A DNA stretch of 64,000 nt, taken from Stegostoma tigrinum (Eukaryota). Below the pieces are notes generated by a model that did no database searches, was not told the origin of the DNA, and was given only the letters and a program-made list of their open reading frames with translations. Numbering within the stretch: position 1 is the first letter of the stretch; every line of letters begins with the position of its first letter. Positions 60,475 through 64,000 of the stretch are shown here, piece by piece. Where the stretch lies: the NCBI RefSeq assembly GCF_030684315.1, contig NC_081391.1:20544629-20608628 (forward strand). Direction: 5' to 3'. Made by a program: the position numbers and the translations under genes.

Positions 60475-60693
60475 TGAGATAGTAGGAGCTGCAGATGCTG
60501 GAGAATCTGAGATAACAGGGTATAGACCTGGAGGAACACAGCTGTCCAAGCAGCATCAGAGGAGCAGGAAGGCTGAGGCTTCGGGCCTAGACCCTCCTTT
60601 CTGAAGAAGGGTCTAGGCCCAAAACGTCAGCCTTCCTGCTCCTCTGATACTGCTTGGGCTGCTGTGTTCATCTAGGTCTACATCTTGTTATCT
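60475..60693. mobile_element. Palindromic family-A element with 13-bp TSD
   Basis: CAAGTGCAGGTAC at 60462-60474 and 60694-60706; core CTGAAGAAGGGTCTAGGCCCAAAACGTC at 60601. Confidence 0.88.
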
Positions 60694-60999
60694 CAAGTGC
60701 AGGTACAGTTACAACATTTTAAAAGACATTTGAACTGCTACATGAATAGGAAAGGTTTGCAGGAATATGGGTCAAATGTAAGTAAATGGGTCTAGTTTAG
60801 TTTTGGAAATCTGGCCAGCATGGACAAGTTGGGCAGAAGGGTCAGATTCTGTGCTGGATGACACCATGACTCAAATGGTAGGGCCATTGGGAAAGAATCT
60901 GTGAATTGAGACAAATTGGCCAGTTCTTTAAAAAAAACAGTAACAGGTAGGGTAGGCTGAATAGCCTCTTTCTGTGACAATGAATACATGACAAGCTGC

Positions 61000-61522
61000 C
61001 TGCAGTTTTGGTCTCATTGGTCATTCAGTGGCATGGAGGGGGTGCAGAGGAGGTTCACTAGGTTGATTCCAAAATTGAGCAGATTACTTTATGAGGAGTT
61101 TTTGAGTAGACTGGGACAATACACATTGGAATTTAGAAGAATGACGCAGGGACTTGTAGAAACACGTGAAATTGTGAAAGGAACAGATAAGACAGAAGTA
61201 TGGAGGCTGGTTACACTGGCTGGTGAAACTAGATCTGTGGGGCGTAGCCTGAAATTAAAGGTGAGCAGATTTAGGACTGAGCTGAGGAGGGACTTCTTCA
61301 CCCAAAGGGTTGTGAGTCTGTGGAATTCCCTGCCCAGTGAAGCAGTTGAAGCTACCTTGTTTAATGTTTTTAAGGCAAAGATAGACAGGTTTTTGAACAG
61401 GAAAGGAACTAAGGGTGATGATAATTGGGTGGGTAAGTGGAGCTGAGTCCATGAAATTATTGGCCGTGAATGGCTTAATGGGCTAGATGGCCTAATCCTG
61501 CTCCTCTTTCTTATACTCTTCT
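61000..61522 (+). mobile_element. CR1 LINE 3' fragment
   Basis: ORF 60988..61446 QFWS...VQRRFTRLIP...FFTQRVVSLWNSLP. Confidence 0.9.
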
Positions 61523-61987
61523 GATGAGCCAAAGTGTTGAAGTAGCTCTAAATTGATTTCAGTCAGATTCAAATTTTCCTTGGCCACATTTCCAGTCGAC
61601 CAGAAAAGGTCCCATCGAACAAGCAACATCAACAGGCACGAAGAGACCAGCTGTTCCCAAACTCACTGCAACCACCGGGAGACGAGTCGGTGAGTGACAC
61701 TGAATTTATTCATGTTCACTCCCTCTCATTCCCACATTCCCATTTCTCCGTCCATTAGCTGCTTTGCAGATTCCCTTAAGGCAGCTCAGATTGTTCAGAG
61801 CAGTGTATCTGTTTGGCACCATGAACTTCTTCCTCAGCAAATATGAGGAATTGTCATTAAATCCAAAGTTAAGGTTCCAGAGTGTTATCAGGTGAGGCTA
61901 CTTCAGACTTGCAAAGCATCATTGAACCTGAAAGCAGTGTGATCAACGAGATGAATTTCCCAAACAGCCTTGTAACCCAGATCTCTG

Positions 61988-62132
61988 ATTGGCTCTGAAT
62001 CTCAGCTCCTCCTCCACATCCCCATCTCCTTTGTTCATTGGTGCCTGGGTGGATGGGCTATCCCTGATTGGCTGCCAGTATAATTGGTGACACCATTCCC
62101 TGGTCGAATGCAAGATATCTCAGCAGTACAAA
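61988..62132 (+). promoter_or_regulatory. Promoter of ferritin copy 9: four ATTGG boxes, variant TATA (TACAAA)
   Basis: ATTGG at 61988, 62037, 62067, 62083; TACAAA 62127-62132 at the TATA-equivalent position. Confidence 0.72.
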
Positions 62133-62201
62133 TGCCAGAGGTTGTGGGTGTGAGGTTTAATTTGAGATTAGTCTAGGTTATAGTGAGTTGGAATAGTGAG
62201 G

Positions 62202-63641
62202 ATGTCCTCCCAAGTGTGTCAGAACTACCACAAGGACTGTGAGGATGCTGTTAACAAGCAGATCAACCTGGAGCTCTATTCCTCCTATGTTTACCTCTCC
62301 ATGGTGAGCCTGGTGCTGCATTCTGAAATTTATTTGGGCTGTGTTCTGTTACACTTCAATTGATGCCATTTTGTTAGGAATTGGGAGCTGGTTGTTAGTT
62401 GTGTCGTTCATGCTTTTAGTGAGGAATGATGTTGAAGTAACTGTTGGTTACTGCACCTGACCTGCATTAAGACCTGATGTACAAAGCCCTTAACTGGGCT
62501 CTTGTCTACTCCTGAGCTAGGAAGCCTGGGTTCAAGTTCTGCCTGTTCCTCAAAAACAATACTTTCCGATCCACTCGTTTGGGAGTTTTATCTGGCCCTA
62601 ATTCAACTAAGGTCATATAACATAGTGGCAACCAAGTTGAAATTCCTAGACAAACCCATTTAGTCAACAAGTAACTGGTGAAATGTTGGGGATTCCCATG
62701 GGCTTGTTAAATCTGTTTGAAAGTTGCTCCTTTTATGTCTATTTACATAGAATGTGCTTCACTTCCCCCAAAGAGCTTTAATGCACCAAGCTGCTTTCTA
62801 AATCCCCCAAACCCAGTGAGATCCTGTGCCTGAGCTGTTCAGCAGCCTCTTGCACTGACTTTAAAGTTCCTGGCCACATTTTAATGGTTGAGCAAAGTAT
62901 TAAATCTGCAGGCTAATGGGCAGATGGTCCTCATCTTATAATAGTTTCAGTTATCTGAATACACAGATTTAAGCTGCTATCTTGACCTGAATGAGATTCA
63001 GAAATTGTAGAAGTGAAATTGAACCATCCCTATCTTTTGGCTGCTTTTTGTCTATATACCTGGAGGAAGTTTCAGATTTCTTTCTGTTTTCTGGTTCTTA
63101 TTGATTTTAAAGAACAGTCTCTAACAAGCAAAAAAAATCCAAATCTAATTATTAAATAAACATGCTGTCATTGGTTTTTCTCCTTTCCAATAGTTCTCTC
63201 ATTTTGACCGGGATGATGTTGCCCTGCGTAACTTTGCTGAGTTCTTCAAGGAGCAGTCCCATGAGGAACGGGAACACGCTGAGAAACTGATGGCATTCCA
63301 GAATAAACGTGGAGGTCGTGTCCTCCTGCAGGACATCAAGGTTGGTGTATCCTCCTACATTGTAATGACCTGAACTAGATATGGATTTGAAGCTTGAATT
63401 CTGCTGGGGTAATGTTAAATGGCCCACACTATTCCTAGATACCTTTTTTCAATCTCATTGCTTTGCACTCCCCCTTCATTTTTCACTGAAACATCTGTCT
63501 CTTCCCTCCCTCCAGAAGCCAGAGCAGGATGAGTGGGGCAATGGTTTGGAGGCAGTGCAGAGAGCTCTGCAGATGGAGAAGGATGTGAACCAGAGTCTGC
63601 TGGATCTGCACAAACTCTCCTCTGATTGCGTGGACCCTCAT
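62202..63641 (+). CDS. Ferritin copy 9, exons 1-3 intact; exon 4 presumably beyond the window
   Basis: Exons 62202-62303 ([15 protein letters not shown]...), 63194-63340, 63516-63641; GT-AG; open frame. Confidence 0.92.
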
Positions 63642-63669
63642 GTGAGTCAAAAATGCTTAGCTGTGGTCT

Positions 63670-64000
63670 GAAGTCAGACAGACAGCACAGAAATGGACCC
63701 TTCAGTACATGCTGCATGTAAGCCCAAACTAAGCTAGTCCCACCTGCCTGTACCTGGCCCACTTCACTACCAACTGCCCCTATTCATTGTAGTTTTACAA
63801 TGTATAAAACGACTTGGTTGCTGTTCCTTCCACATGCAAACCACTCATCAAAAAGATGCTTATGTCCTTTATTTCTGGCTCCTTAAATTGCCACCTAATC
63901 CTAGAGAAAAGACACTTGCCATTTAACCCTATCTATACTCATGATCTTGTGACCCCTCAACCACCTATGCTCCAGTTGGAAAAACGTTCCAGCCTTTCTT
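63670..64000 (-). mobile_element. CR1 3' end fragment in intron 3 of copy 9
   Basis: Similar to the other minus-strand CR1 3' fragments in the window. Confidence 0.55.

Overview
Repeat-rich vertebrate genomic DNA; the HE1-type SINEs and CR1 LINEs point to a cartilaginous fish, most likely a shark. The window holds a tandem cluster of at least nine paralogous four-exon ferritin genes (H/M-type, resembling amphibian heavy chain B / middle subunit). Copies 1-5 lie on the minus strand (2.1-33.8 kb) and copies 6-9 on the plus strand (40.2->64 kb), head to head. Copies 2, 3 and 4 have intact ORFs, and copy 9 is intact as far as the window goes. Copies 1, 5, 6 and 7 are pseudogenes, and copy 8 has intact exons 2-4 but no visible exon 1. 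The genes share a TATA plus multiple-CCAAT promoter and a short 5' UTR with no iron-responsive element, and their exons are nearly identical while introns have diverged. Spacers and introns are filled with CR1, RTE, Gypsy-like and Penelope remnants and SINEs. About 15 short Penelope-derived elements carry a minimal hammerhead-ribozyme core (CTGANGA-stem II-GAAACGTH), often as long hairpins with target-site duplications. All calls come from manual reading; no alignments or database searches were run.
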